Shown here: one piece after another, positions 1 to 9,237 of the stretch
Layout of the letters: each line of letters begins with the position of its first letter
How positions within the stretch are numbered: the stretch's first letter is position 1
From: Bacillaceae bacterium
Lineage (GTDB): Bacteria; Bacillota; Bacilli; Bacillales; Alkalibacillaceae
Reading direction: 5' to 3'
Assembly (NCBI GenBank): GCA_017656265.1
Contig: JACDOD010000007.1
Span: 66,016 to 130,015, forward strand
DNA length: 64,000 bases
Translations under genes and position numbers: made by a program
The notes under the pieces: model-generated
Told to the model about the DNA's origin: nothing
Database searches by the model: none
What the model saw: the letters and a program-made list of their open reading frames with translations, nothing else

Positions 1-107
1 CTGCCGATAATGGTGCAATAACCCTCTCCAGACCATATTACGTTCCCCCTCATTAAAGAAAACTATTTTGATTTGTGAGCATACCCTGTCCCATCGTTAC
101 ATCCATT

Positions 108-1400
108 TTAACCCTGTTCTTCCACTCTGTATACACTCTTAAGCTGGTGTACAATCGATAATTGGTTCAAATCCTCTACAACCTGTTCAAATTGTAGCTT
201 ATTGGCTTTGTGAGTAATAATGACAATCTCAGCTGTCTGCTGTTTTTTCTTTGGCAACTGCAAAATTTTATCCAGGCTGATCTCAGCCTCGGTAAAGATC
301 CTGGTAATCTCTAAAAATGTACCTGCCACATCTTCAACTTCCATCCTGAAAAAAAACTTGGAACAAATTTCTTCTTTCTCCTTCAGCTGTTTTTCATATT
401 GGGGCATCACATAGGAAGTTCCGTTAACGCCAAGAACCATGTTTTTGACAACCCCTACCAGGTCAGACATGACAGCAACTGCAGTTGGCAGACTTCCCGC
501 GCCCGGACCATAAAACATCGTTTCCCCGACTGCGTCACCGTACACATATACTGCATTGTATTCATTTTTAACCGATGTTAACGGATGATCTTTCTTCAGC
601 AATACCGGTTCTACACTGACTTCAACTTTATTTTCATCCCGGGCCGCAAGACCAATCAGTTTCATTTTATATCCAAACTGATCAGCCAGCTTCATATCCT
701 CAGCACTGATTTTTCGGATACCGCGAACGTTTACATCCGATAGATCAACGGGCATGGAAAAAGCCAGTCTCGCTAATAATGCAATTTTTCTGGCAGCATC
801 CAGCCCATCCACATCGGATGACGGATCGGCCTCTGCATAGCCTAATTCCTGAGCTTCTGTCAACACATCCTCAAAATCTCTGCCCTCTTCATCCATTTTG
901 GTCAAAATATAATTGGTCGTTCCATTGACAATTCCCATCAGTTTATGAATTCGGTCTGACACAAGCCCCTCTTTTAATGAGCGAAGGATGGGAATTCCGC
1001 CGGCTACACTGGCTTCATAAAAAATGTCCCGCTTTTTTTCTCTGGCCAGTTCTGATAATTCAAGTCCGTACTCCGCCAGCATGTCTTTGTTTGCAGTCAC
1101 CACATGCTTGCCATTATCAAGAGCTTTTTTGACCAGTTCGTAGGCCTCCCTAATTCCTCCCATCACCTCAATGACAATTTCAATATCCTCATCCTCAACA
1201 ATATCGTCTGCACGGGCAGTTAATAAATCAGAATCAACTTCCACTTCCCGTTTTTTATGAATATCATTGACAAGTATTTTCCTTAATTCGAGTTCGCACC
1301 CGGTTTGATGCTGCAATTCCTGCTGATGGTTTTGCAGGATCTTTACCACTCCTGCCCCAACCGTCCCAAGACCACAAAGGCCAATGCTGATTTTTTGCAC
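108..1400 (-). CDS. hom: homoserine dehydrogenase
   Basis: 430-aa ORF. It has an N-terminal GLGTVG NAD(P)-binding motif, a homoserine-DH catalytic core and a C-terminal ACT-like tail. It sits next to yutH as in B. subtilis. Confidence 0.95.
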   Translation of the reverse strand: MQKISIGLCGLGTVGAGVVKILQNHQQELQHQTGCELELRKILVNDIHKKREVEVDSDLLTARADDIVEDEDIEIVIEVMGGIREAYELVKKALDNGKHVVTANKDMLAEYGLELSELAREKKRDIFYEASVAGGIPILRSLKEGLVSDRIHKLMGIVNGTTNYILTKMDEEGRDFEDVLTEAQELGYAEADPSSDVDGLDAARKIALLARLAFSMPVDLSDVNVRGIRKISAEDMKLADQFGYKMKLIGLAARDENKVEVSVEPVLLKKDHPLTSVKNEYNAVYVYGDAVGETMFYGPGAGSLPTAVAVMSDLVGVVKNMVLGVNGTSYVMPQYEKQLKEKEEICSKFFFRMEVEDVAGTFLEITRIFTEAEISLDKILQLPKKKQQTAEIVIITHKANKLQFEQVVEDLNQLSIVHQLKSVYRVEEQG

Positions 1401-1611
1401 CTTTAAATCCCCCTAACCATTTGTCTATTTTATGAATACATACGTTTATATATAGTGGACATTATAACGTTCTTTGAACCGGAAGGCAACAGCTGTCTGT
1501 CAATTTTTATAAAGAAATAATTGACATAAGGAAATGGAAGCGCCCCGTTTAGCCCCGAAAACTGGCGAACTTTCATCAGCTAGCAAATAACGGCTTAGCT
1601 GGGCACGTATT

Positions 1612-1648
1612 AAAAAAACCAGCCATGAACACACATTCATGACTGGTT
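1612..1648 (-). terminator. intrinsic terminator downstream of the 2-hydroxyacid dehydrogenase gene
   Basis: On the minus strand, stem ACCAGTCATGAA/TTCATGGCTGGT with one mismatch, followed by a U7 tract. Confidence 0.6.
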
Positions 1649-1682
1649 ATAATCATTCTAGACATTTTAACTGAACTATTAA

Positions 1683-2648
1683 TTACTTCACAGGTGTTTT
1701 CGCTTCTTTGCCCTGAAGCACACGATCGATATTTTCCAGAGCCAGTTTCATCATTTGATAGCGTGTATCTCTTGTAGCTGAACCGATATGGGGCAGGGCT
1801 GTAACATTGTCCAGCTGTAATAGCGGATGATCCTTCCCAATGGGCTCATTCTGAAATACATCAAGCCCGGCAGCTAATATTTCTCCAGTTTTCAGTGCCT
1901 GATATAGATCTTCTTCATTGACCGTACCGCCACGGGACGTATTAACAAAGACGGCAGTTTCTTTCATCAGCTGAAATGCTCTTCGGTTAAACAGATCCTT
2001 TGTCTCTTGTGTTAACGGGGTCATACATACCACAAAGTCTGAATTCGTTAAAAGTTCCTCAAAACCTACATAAACCGCCCCCAGCTTCTCTTCTGCCTCA
2101 GGCTTTCGTCTGCGGTTATGATACAGCACATTCATATGAAATCCCTTTGCGCGATGGGCAACCGCCTCGCCAATTCTCCCCATTCCCACAATCCCCAGGG
2201 TTTTATGATGAATATCTGTGCCAGCCATAAAGAGAGGAGACCAGGTTGTCCACTTTCCTTCTTTTATGTATTCATTCGCTTCTATTAGCCTTCTCGATGC
2301 AGCCAGAAGCAAAGCAAAGGTTAAGTCAGCAGTCGATTCCGTGAGCACATCCGGGGTATTGGTCACGATAACCCCCTTTTTTCTGGCATAGTCAATATCG
2401 ATGTTGTCATATCCAACAGCCATATTGGCAATAATTTTTAACTGTTTTGCCCCATCTATCAATTCCTGGTCCACAACATCTGTCAGCGTTATAAAAATGG
2501 CATCAGCCTGCCCCATTTGCTTGTGAAGTTCTTCCCTTCGGACAGGCAGATCCTCATATGGCCACATCTCAATTTCCCACTGATTCCGGTAGGGGGACAA
2601 CAGTTGTTCAGGAATTTTCCTGGCAATATATACCTTTGGCCTAGTCAT
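1683..2648 (-). CDS. D-isomer-specific 2-hydroxyacid dehydrogenase (glyoxylate/hydroxypyruvate reductase-like)
   Basis: GMGRIG NAD-binding motif and the conserved RGG...H catalytic region. The start was moved to ATG 2648 (MTRPKVYIARK), which follows a GAGGTG RBS. The 43-codon upstream extension in the ORF track looks non-coding. Confidence 0.85.
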   Translation of the reverse strand: MTRPKVYIARKIPEQLLSPYRNQWEIEMWPYEDLPVRREELHKQMGQADAIFITLTDVVDQELIDGAKQLKIIANMAVGYDNIDIDYARKKGVIVTNTPDVLTESTADLTFALLLAASRRLIEANEYIKEGKWTTWSPLFMAGTDIHHKTLGIVGMGRIGEAVAHRAKGFHMNVLYHNRRRKPEAEEKLGAVYVGFEELLTNSDFVVCMTPLTQETKDLFNRRAFQLMKETAVFVNTSRGGTVNEEDLYQALKTGEILAAGLDVFQNEPIGKDHPLLQLDNVTALPHIGSATRDTRYQMMKLALENIDRVLQGKEAKTPVK

Positions 2649-2688
2649 CGAATCACCTCGTTCTGAAAACGCAATTTTTCTTATCTTA

Positions 2689-3708
2689 TCACACCTTCCC
2701 CTCCGGACCAATATTCGGCTGCAGCCAGGTGATGTTCGGTATAGACCGGTCATCCTGAAATAATTCATAAAAAACACTTTTTAAACATTGCTCATAAACG
2801 GACTGAAAACGAAGCCACTTTTTCAGCTCCTCATATTTCTGGTCAGAAAAATCCTTCTTCTCGATTACTTCTTTTGTAAAGTCAATAAAGTGAACCGGAA
2901 AAAGCAGCCTTGCAAATATCAGACGTTTTCCAAAGGCAGATAAAGAACGCTGATTCTCGTAATCCTTCAATGCTTTCCGTACATTTGGCAAAGCCCTGGT
3001 TCCGTTCTGAATGAATAATTCGCGAATAGCCTCTGCCAGATCCCTTGAAGGGTGATCATGAACGAGACGAAAGGGAAGAATAAAACCTTCATTGGGATAA
3101 GGAGAGATTCGGTTTAATGCTATCCCTCCCTGATCTGCTCGGGTAAAACGCTGATCCCTTTCGCTTTCAGTTAAAAATTGGATCGCATTCTCAGCTAAAC
3201 CAATATAATAAAATGAGGTTTCTATCCATAATTTCTTCCATTTTGCCGAAGTTAACCAATCGCTGCTTTCTGTCAGCGAATCTCTGACCTGCTCCATTTC
3301 GTCAATGATCCGTTCCCAGTTTTGTTTCCATAAGCCATAGCGATTAAACATTTCAGGGGTATACGGATACCGGCTCCCGGCTTCATGAAATGATGCCAGA
3401 AAGGAACCGATATCTTCTATTTTTCCCTTTGCCTGTTTTCTGGCAAAACAGACAAAGGCAATCTTCCCCCTTTCCAGTGTGACTAAAAAAGATCCAATAT
3501 CAGAGTAGACCGGGACAGCTACATGTGAAAATCCATTTCTTTGCATAAAACTCGTCATCATATACTGTTCATAAAGCATCTTTTCTGTAATATGCCTGCC
3601 TGACCTCACAATAATATACCCATTATCCACCTGAAACAGATCAAGCTTTGAATGGGGGATTTGTTCCCTGATTTCAAATGAGTAATACCTTTGTAAATCT
3701 TCTTTCAA
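2689..3708 (-). CDS. yutH: spore coat protein YutH (CotS / kinase-like fold family)
   Basis: 339 aa. Both position (between hom and yutG) and sequence resemble B. subtilis YutH. Confidence 0.7.
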   Translation of the reverse strand: MKEDLQRYYSFEIREQIPHSKLDLFQVDNGYIIVRSGRHITEKMLYEQYMMTSFMQRNGFSHVAVPVYSDIGSFLVTLERGKIAFVCFARKQAKGKIEDIGSFLASFHEAGSRYPYTPEMFNRYGLWKQNWERIIDEMEQVRDSLTESSDWLTSAKWKKLWIETSFYYIGLAENAIQFLTESERDQRFTRADQGGIALNRISPYPNEGFILPFRLVHDHPSRDLAEAIRELFIQNGTRALPNVRKALKDYENQRSLSAFGKRLIFARLLFPVHFIDFTKEVIEKKDFSDQKYEELKKWLRFQSVYEQCLKSVFYELFQDDRSIPNITWLQPNIGPEGKV

Positions 3709-3835
3709 TTACAGTCCCCCTCTCCTGTTGTCATCGGACGCTCCAAATAGTTAGCATCAAAGATTTATCCTTCAGCATAGTTTATAATAAATATATATGT
3801 AGCAGATGAAATAACAATGAATAGGGTGATGAGAA

Positions 3836-4321
3836 ATGAAAGGTTTAGAGAAAAAGTCGAGGGAATGGCTGGAGGAAAGAGGAGTAAGTGTCAAAGACAT
3901 TGCAGAGCTCGTATATTTCTTGCAGTCTCCTTATCATGACAACTTAACCCTGGAAGAATGCATTTACAATGTAGAGAAGGTTTTAAAAAAGAGAGAAGTG
4001 CAAAACGCCATTTTAACGGGTATCCAGCTCGATATCCTGGCAGAGAAAGGGATGCTGGAAGAACCTTTACAGACTACGATCGCGAACGACGAAGGATTAT
4101 ATGGAGTGGATGAAGTTATTGCCCTTTCCATCATTAACGTGTATGGTTCCATTGGGTTTACCAACTATGGTTATATCGATAAACAAAAACCGGGGATATT
4201 GAAAAAATTAAATGATAAATCGAGTGATTTTTGTCATACCTTCTTAGATGATATTGTAGGAGCTATTGCAGCAGCGGCTTCAAGCCGGCTTGCACATAGC
4301 TATGATGAAGAGATTGATTAG
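3836..4321 (+). CDS. yutG: phosphatidylglycerophosphatase A-like protein YutG
   Basis: 161 aa, PgpA-like, divergent from yutH as in B. subtilis. Confidence 0.8.
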   Translation: MKGLEKKSREWLEERGVSVKDIAELVYFLQSPYHDNLTLEECIYNVEKVLKKREVQNAILTGIQLDILAEKGMLEEPLQTTIANDEGLYGVDEVIALSIINVYGSIGFTNYGYIDKQKPGILKKLNDKSSDFCHTFLDDIVGAIAAAASSRLAHSYDEEID

Positions 4322-4327
4322 TAATCT

Positions 4328-4391
4328 GCCTTAGGAATTCTAAAGCCGTGCCCGTGGAAGCTAGACATCCATTCTCTTAATTGTAAAAGGC
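4328..4391. repeat. GC-rich mosaic intergenic repeat, short copy B
   Basis: GCCTTAGG...CCGTGCCCGTGGAAGCTAGACATCCATTCTCTTAATTGTAAAAGGC matches modules at 20239-20270 and 20386-20418. Confidence 0.75.
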
Positions 4392-4413
4392 TTTTTTTAT
4401 CTTTCAAAGCAAA

Positions 4414-4456
4414 ATATCCGAACCTATTCATGAGAAAAATGAATAAGTTCGGATAT
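4414..4456. terminator. bidirectional terminator hairpin, ATATCCGAAC-stem repeat family, copy 1
   Basis: AAAATATCCGAAC-N-GTTCGGATATTTT lies between convergent yutG and the rhodanese-MBL gene, with an A-run 5' and a T-run 3'. Confidence 0.7.
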
Positions 4457-4503
4457 TTTATTAATTAATGAAGTTTCGTTCCAGTCTCTTTTTTATTCGA
4501 TCA

Positions 4504-5634
4504 TTAGGCAGTGTGGTGAGCAGCACAACGGTTTGGACCGATTTCAAGTTCAAGCTGTTCGTCTTCAGTAGCTTCTTTTTCACCACGGTTAATGGCAATA
4601 ATATCTTCGAAGTTTGGCGGTGTTTCAGTGCTTGCAGAAGCAGCTACTTTTTCTACGAATTCTGCTTCATCATGGTCATTCATCATTTCATTGCGCTTGC
4701 GGATGTCACCAAGTGTTGCTCCAATATATTTGTCTTCATTTGCTTCATCATCATAGTCAGCATAGTGTGCTGGAAGTACAATGACATCATCAGCGATTTC
4801 AGAAATTTTATTGTAAATGGTGTCATAAAGATCTTTCGCCCATTCACGTACTTTTCCGCCAAGGTCTGGACGTCCAAGTCCGCCTACAAAGATGGTATCC
4901 CCGGAGAACAACAGCTTGTCATTTACTAGGAAAGATACACTTCCTGGTGTGTGACCTGGTGTTTTAACAGCAAGTACTTCTAGAGTTACGTTTTCGAATT
5001 TCACAACGTCATTTTCTTCAAATGGTTCATGATCAAACTTAGCGCCTTCACTCTTCATCAGGTAATATTTAGCTCCAGTTTTTTCAGCTAATTGCTTACC
5101 GCCGGAAATATGGTCAGCGTGAAGGTGAGAGTCACCGATATTAGTAATTGTAACCCCGTCTTCTTCCGCAGCTTTCAAGTATTCGTCAACATTGCGGGCA
5201 GGGTCAATAATCATTGCTTCTTTACCGGAAACGATCATATAAGATAGACAACCTTTACCCATGCGGATGAACTGATATACTTTTAAGTTTTCATCCTGGT
5301 AAACTTTTACCTTACGAAGGTGAGCACTCCATGCTTTCATTCCGCCTTCAAGGTAAGAAATATTATTTCTTCCTGCCTCTTCAAGCATTTCAGCTACCAT
5401 CTTAGAAGAACCTTCTTTTGCACATACAACCAGTACGTCTTTATCTTCAGGAATTTTGTCAAGAATGGAGTCTACTCCATCAATTAAGTCAAAGTATGGC
5501 ACGTTGATGGATTCGATATTTTCTCCTTCAATTTTCCAGTCTTTGTACTCTGAACTGTTACGAACATCAAGAATGAACAGTTCATCTTTATTAGCTACTT
5601 TTTCCGCTACTTGTGCAGCTGTTAAAGATTTCAT
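4504..5634 (-). CDS. rhodanese domain fused to an MBL-fold hydrolase (persulfide dioxygenase-like; CstB/YrkH type)
   Basis: N-terminal rhodanese domain (VVCAKEGSSK active-site loop region), then an MBL fold with the HxHxDH motif (DSHLHADHISG). Start set at ATG 5634 (MKSLTAAQV) after a GAGGGGGAA RBS. Confidence 0.8.
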   Translation of the reverse strand: MKSLTAAQVAEKVANKDELFILDVRNSSEYKDWKIEGENIESINVPYFDLIDGVDSILDKIPEDKDVLVVCAKEGSSKMVAEMLEEAGRNNISYLEGGMKAWSAHLRKVKVYQDENLKVYQFIRMGKGCLSYMIVSGKEAMIIDPARNVDEYLKAAEEDGVTITNIGDSHLHADHISGGKQLAEKTGAKYYLMKSEGAKFDHEPFEENDVVKFENVTLEVLAVKTPGHTPGSVSFLVNDKLLFSGDTIFVGGLGRPDLGGKVREWAKDLYDTIYNKISEIADDVIVLPAHYADYDDEANEDKYIGATLGDIRKRNEMMNDHDEAEFVEKVAASASTETPPNFEDIIAINRGEKEATEDEQLELEIGPNRCAAHHTA

Positions 5635-5673
5635 TTCACATTTCCCCCTCTTGATTTTTAAAATTTCATACAT

Positions 5674-5689
5674 ATACCCCTTCGGGTAT
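5674..5689. promoter_or_regulatory. candidate CsoR/CstR-family operator (ATACCC-CTTC-GGGTAT)
   Basis: Perfect 6+6 inverted repeat with a GC core. It lies between the predicted -10 and the RBS of the rhodanese-MBL gene. Confidence 0.4.
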
Positions 5690-5702
5690 CTCTCTGTAAG
5701 TT

Positions 5703-5731
5703 ATAATAAAGGAATTTTCCAACACTGTCAA
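5703..5731 (-). promoter_or_regulatory. sigma-A-type promoter of the rhodanese-MBL gene
   Basis: Minus strand TTGACA (5731-5726), 17-nt spacer, TATTAT (5708-5703). Confidence 0.6.
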
Positions 5732-5743
5732 GAGGTAAACATT

Positions 5744-5794
5744 AAAAAACCCTGATGCCGGAATAAATGCTTTTATTCCTGCTGCATCAGGGTT
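5744..5794 (-). terminator. intrinsic terminator after yutE
   Basis: Stem AACCCTGATGC/GCATCAGGGTT followed by a U tract on the minus strand. Confidence 0.65.
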
Positions 5795-5802
5795 TAACAC
5801 GG

Positions 5803-6255
5803 TTATCCTTGATCTTTTTGGTCACTTGCAAAGGCGGAAACTGGTCCCAATTCTTCATTTAAATAGCGGCGGATGCGGGGACTGAACTCCTTTAAAGATT
5901 TCATATATTTTTTTAATACATTGACGATGTGATCATGGTCCACTTCCAAATATTGATGAACCAGCATTTTTCGGATGTTAATGACTGCCTTGTACCCTTC
6001 GCTTTCCTCTTCAGGAAGTACGTTCTCATCCACTAAAATATCCACAATATCTTCATAACTTCCCGGATCACGCATAATAAATCCGTCAATCATCATATTC
6101 CCTACATCTATAATGGATTCAACAGCCATCTGAGATATTCGTTCCAGGCCCAGCTTCTCAAAATGTGAGGAATACTCCTGCTTTTCAAAAATGTCAAGTA
6201 ACCCCTCCAGGTATTTCAGTGTCTGTTCAATCTTATTCCTGTCTACAAAATACAT
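5803..6255 (-). CDS. yutE: DUF86/UPF0331 protein YutE
   Basis: MYFVDRNKIEQ...GFIMRDPGSYEDIVDILVDE...ELGPVSAF closely matches my recollection of B. subtilis YutE. Start at ATG 6255 after a GGAGGGAA RBS. Confidence 0.8.
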   Translation of the reverse strand: MYFVDRNKIEQTLKYLEGLLDIFEKQEYSSHFEKLGLERISQMAVESIIDVGNMMIDGFIMRDPGSYEDIVDILVDENVLPEEESEGYKAVINIRKMLVHQYLEVDHDHIVNVLKKYMKSLKEFSPRIRRYLNEELGPVSAFASDQKDQG

Positions 6256-6402
6256 CCTGATTCCCTCCGTCTGAGCATGAATATGATTGTCTTTTATCAT
6301 ATTATCACACATTTACGCGAATAAGAATGATGACATGTTTACGGAGAAGTAAAATCTTTGATATGATAAAAGTTGAATTTGTACGATCGGAGGACATAAA
6401 AG

Positions 6403-7371
6403 GTGGATAGAGAATTAGCTTTAGAATTTGTTCGGGTAACAGAAGCAGCAGCCATCGCCTCTGCCCAGTGGATGGGGAGAGGAAAGAAACACGAGGCTGA
6501 CGATGCAGCAACAACAGCCATGCGAAAAATGTTCGATTCTGTTTCTATGGATGGAATCGTCGTAATCGGTGAAGGTGAATTGGATGAAGCTCCGATGCTT
6601 TATATCGGAGAACGCCTCGGCAATCAGCAGGGACCAAAAGTGGACATAGCAGTAGATCCCCTGGAAGGGACAAATATTGTTGCCAAGGGACATAACAATG
6701 CCATGGCGGTAATTGCAGCAGCAGATCGCGGAAGTCTTTTGCATGCACCAGATATGTATATGCAAAAAATTGCTGCCGGGAAACATGCACGGGGATTAAT
6801 TAACCTTGATGATCCTATAGAGAAAACCATCGAGATTGTAGCAGAAGCCAATCAGAAGCGGATTCGGGATTTGACCGTCATTGTTCAAGAACGTCCGAGA
6901 CACGAAGAACTGGTAGAAAGGATCAGGCAAAAAGGGGCAAGAGTGAAATTATTTGGCGACGGTGATGTTGGGGCTTCCATTGCTACCTGCCTTCCACAGA
7001 CAGGTGTGGATTTATTTGTAGGTACTGGGGGAGCTCCAGAAGGGGTTGTTTCCGCTGCGGCAATCAAGTGTCTTGGCGGTGATATGCAGGCAAGACTGGT
7101 GCCACAAAATAAAGAAGAGGAAGAACGATGCATCAGAATGGGATTAAATGACCCCTACCAGTTATTAACGCTTGATGATCTGGTAAAAAGTGATGATGCT
7201 ATTTTTGCTGCAACCGGAGTAACCGAAGGAGAACTATTAAAGGGAGTAAAATTTTTAGGGGGAGATCTCGCTGAAACAGACTCCATCGTGATGCGTGCCA
7301 AAACAAAGACCGTACGGTTTATTAAGGCTTTCCATCATCTGGATCAAAAACCGCACCTTGTCATAAAATAA
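6403..7371 (+). CDS. glpX: class II fructose-1,6-bisphosphatase
   Basis: 322 aa, typical GlpX sequence (ELALEFVRVTEAAA...). GTG start 6403 preceded by GGAGGA. Confidence 0.92.
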   Translation: MDRELALEFVRVTEAAAIASAQWMGRGKKHEADDAATTAMRKMFDSVSMDGIVVIGEGELDEAPMLYIGERLGNQQGPKVDIAVDPLEGTNIVAKGHNNAMAVIAAADRGSLLHAPDMYMQKIAAGKHARGLINLDDPIEKTIEIVAEANQKRIRDLTVIVQERPRHEELVERIRQKGARVKLFGDGDVGASIATCLPQTGVDLFVGTGGAPEGVVSAAAIKCLGGDMQARLVPQNKEEEERCIRMGLNDPYQLLTLDDLVKSDDAIFAATGVTEGELLKGVKFLGGDLAETDSIVMRAKTKTVRFIKAFHHLDQKPHLVIK

Positions 7372-7391
7372 ATAGGAATGGGGGAATTATT

Positions 7392-7661
7392 TTGACAGAA
7401 GAAAGAACGTTTTTATATGATGACACAGAACATACAGATGTCCGTTTTATCAGTTTTATGGGAGAGGCAACCCGTTATGACTTAGCCATTATTAAAACAG
7501 AACGCTATTATGGAAAGGCTATTGTATTAAATATTCAGGGGAACCGTTTCGCAATCATTGGTCATGACGATCTGCAAGAGCCCGGATATCTGGAACATGC
7601 CTTTAACCTCTCTGAAATTGAGGCAGATGAATTAAAAGAATTTTTGTCAGAGGTCATCTAA
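7392..7661 (+). CDS. small conserved protein (DUF3055-like)
   Basis: 89 aa with a TTG start after a GGGGGA RBS. The FLYDDTE..RFISFMGE..RYDLAI...YYGK pattern is recalled from DUF3055 proteins of Bacillales. Confidence 0.55.
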   Translation: MTEERTFLYDDTEHTDVRFISFMGEATRYDLAIIKTERYYGKAIVLNIQGNRFAIIGHDDLQEPGYLEHAFNLSEIEADELKEFLSEVI

Positions 7662-7708
7662 TGTTTTCATCCTCCTTGACCCATACTAAGGGAAAAGGAG
7701 GTTTTTTC

Positions 7709-7996
7709 ATGGTAAAGAAAAACAACCGCAACCTTGGTTATGACGATTATGCGGATGCTGAAGTACAGCGAAAATATTTGGTTCCGGAAGAATTTCCAGA
7801 GGGTCCATATGGTTCCCAGTACAATAAACTCGAAAATGTTCGCCCAAAAGAAGCGAGAAAAGGTCAGCGTCACTTTTCTGCATTCAATTACGAATATAAA
7901 TCCCTTCATGAGGATCTGCCAAGACAATACCCAATTGCACATCCGCCCCATGACCAGCCAGATCAGGATGTAAAACCGCCTGATGAAAATCAATGA
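7709..7996 (+). CDS. hypothetical small hydrophilic protein
   Basis: ATG 7709 is preceded by a strong AAAGGAGG RBS. 95 aa, charged and proline-rich. I do not recognise a family. Confidence 0.5.
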   Translation: MVKKNNRNLGYDDYADAEVQRKYLVPEEFPEGPYGSQYNKLENVRPKEARKGQRHFSAFNYEYKSLHEDLPRQYPIAHPPHDQPDQDVKPPDENQ

Positions 7997-8026
7997 TGAA
8001 ATCAATGATGCCGGTTAAAACGAATT

Positions 8027-8060
8027 CCCCACTTTGAAAAATTAAACCTTCAAAGTGGGG
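8027..8060. terminator. bidirectional terminator between convergent genes
   Basis: Perfect 12-bp stem CCCCACTTTGAA / TTCAAAGTGGGG. Confidence 0.6.
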
Positions 8061-8103
8061 TTCATTATGCCCGTCATTATATCATGTCGTGATCCTGAGC
8101 AAT

Positions 8104-8379
8104 TTATTGTTCAATTTTTTTCAGAACAAAATAGGCACAGCCAAAATTACAATGCTCATACAAATAATCCTCAAGTGTGGAAATTTTAGTATCAAATGTG
8201 GCTTTTGGATTCTGGTCATCATAAAAACCCCTCATTCGTAATTGACCATATCCCCAGTCCCCCACAATAAAATCGTATTTGCTTAAAATATCGCTAAAAC
8301 GTTCCTTTACCTCTTCTTCTTGAAAACCGTCTTTATATTCATGCATCAGTTTATATTGTTTCCCGTATAATTCGAACAT
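8104..8379 (-). CDS. yutD: DUF1027 protein YutD
   Basis: The ...ILSKYDFIVGDWGYGQLRMRGF... motif is typical of YutD. Start at ATG 8379, 6 nt after GAGGTG. Confidence 0.8.
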   Translation of the reverse strand: MFELYGKQYKLMHEYKDGFQEEEVKERFSDILSKYDFIVGDWGYGQLRMRGFYDDQNPKATFDTKISTLEDYLYEHCNFGCAYFVLKKIEQ

Positions 8380-8498
8380 TTTCATCACCTCTATGTGCTT
8401 ATAGTGTACCATATTTTACTTTGTCCGTTGGAGAATTATTGACAGCATGAGAATCTTTTTTTGATACAAGCTAATAGTAAGGTAAAGGAGGTGGAAAA

Positions 8499-9116
8499 AT
8501 GCGATTAATCTTTTCAATCTTAATGCTTTCCCTTATCTTGTTTGGCTGTGCAGCAGACGACTTTGGGGAAGGCGCGGATCCTCTTGAAGGAGTACCAATA
8601 GATAATTACAACGCCTCAAACGATAACCCAAATAAAAGTGACCACTATACAAACCGTTACGGCTATGTCAGGTATGACAAAGATCAATTAAATATGGAAG
8701 AAGAAGAACAAAAAATTCCCATGATGAATCGTGAATACCTGGCAAACATGATAACAAGGACACTTTTGAAATATGAACAAATTGAAGAGGCAGCCACCCT
8801 TGTTACCGATCAGCATACGTTTATTGCCTATCAGGCGTCTGAAATTGACACTAATACTGACGGAAGAGACATAGCCGATATGGTAACCAAAACTGCTGCT
8901 TCCTTTTTGCCGTCATATTACGAAATCTATATCTCAGATCAGCCAAATGCTTACCAGGACCTGCAAAGTTTAGGAAATAATACGTCTATTGAGGAAGACT
9001 CACGCCCAACCATTGAAAAAATCATTCAGCGGTTTAAACAGGCTCCACAGGGGGAGAACATTTATCAGGACAATCGCCAGGAGGACAACCAGTATATGAA
9101 CAGCACAAATGAATAG
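8499..9116 (+). CDS. yutC: sporulation lipoprotein, YhcN/YlaJ family (YutC-like)
   Basis: Signal peptide with lipobox LFGC. Size (205 aa) and position match B. subtilis YutC. Confidence 0.7.
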   Translation: MRLIFSILMLSLILFGCAADDFGEGADPLEGVPIDNYNASNDNPNKSDHYTNRYGYVRYDKDQLNMEEEEQKIPMMNREYLANMITRTLLKYEQIEEAATLVTDQHTFIAYQASEIDTNTDGRDIADMVTKTAASFLPSYYEIYISDQPNAYQDLQSLGNNTSIEEDSRPTIEKIIQRFKQAPQGENIYQDNRQEDNQYMNSTNE

Positions 9117-9129
9117 GAACATGGCAGCT

Positions 9130-9172
9130 ATACATCAGCGTGGACTTCTTTCCCGCTGATGTATTCATTTAT
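9130..9172 (+). terminator. intrinsic terminator after yutC
   Basis: Stem ATACATCAGCG/CGCTGATGTAT followed by a T-rich tract. Confidence 0.5.
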
Positions 9173-9237
9173 TACCATTTATGATTCGTCTATAACTTCA
9201 CATAATATACTTGACTTGTAAATATTGAGGTGAAACC

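Noticed and set aside
2649-2777. N-terminal extensions of track ORFs (2777, 5673, 6312, 17602, 25806, 29272, 32100, 37861, 45250, 49707, 58145).
   Set aside because: In each case an internal ATG, GTG or TTG with a proper Shine-Dalgarno sequence matches the known N-terminus of the family. The extension also overlaps an upstream gene, riboswitch, terminator or operator.
4468-4929. 153-aa plus-strand ORF, and many similar 60-150-aa ORFs antisense to large genes (for example 6421-6786, 11184-11546, 21400-21717, 25346-25729, 35252-35629, 43089-43550 and 55029-55460).
   Set aside because: They lie fully inside, and antisense to, confidently identified conserved genes. They have no RBS and biased, odd compositions. 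They are typical shadow ORFs.
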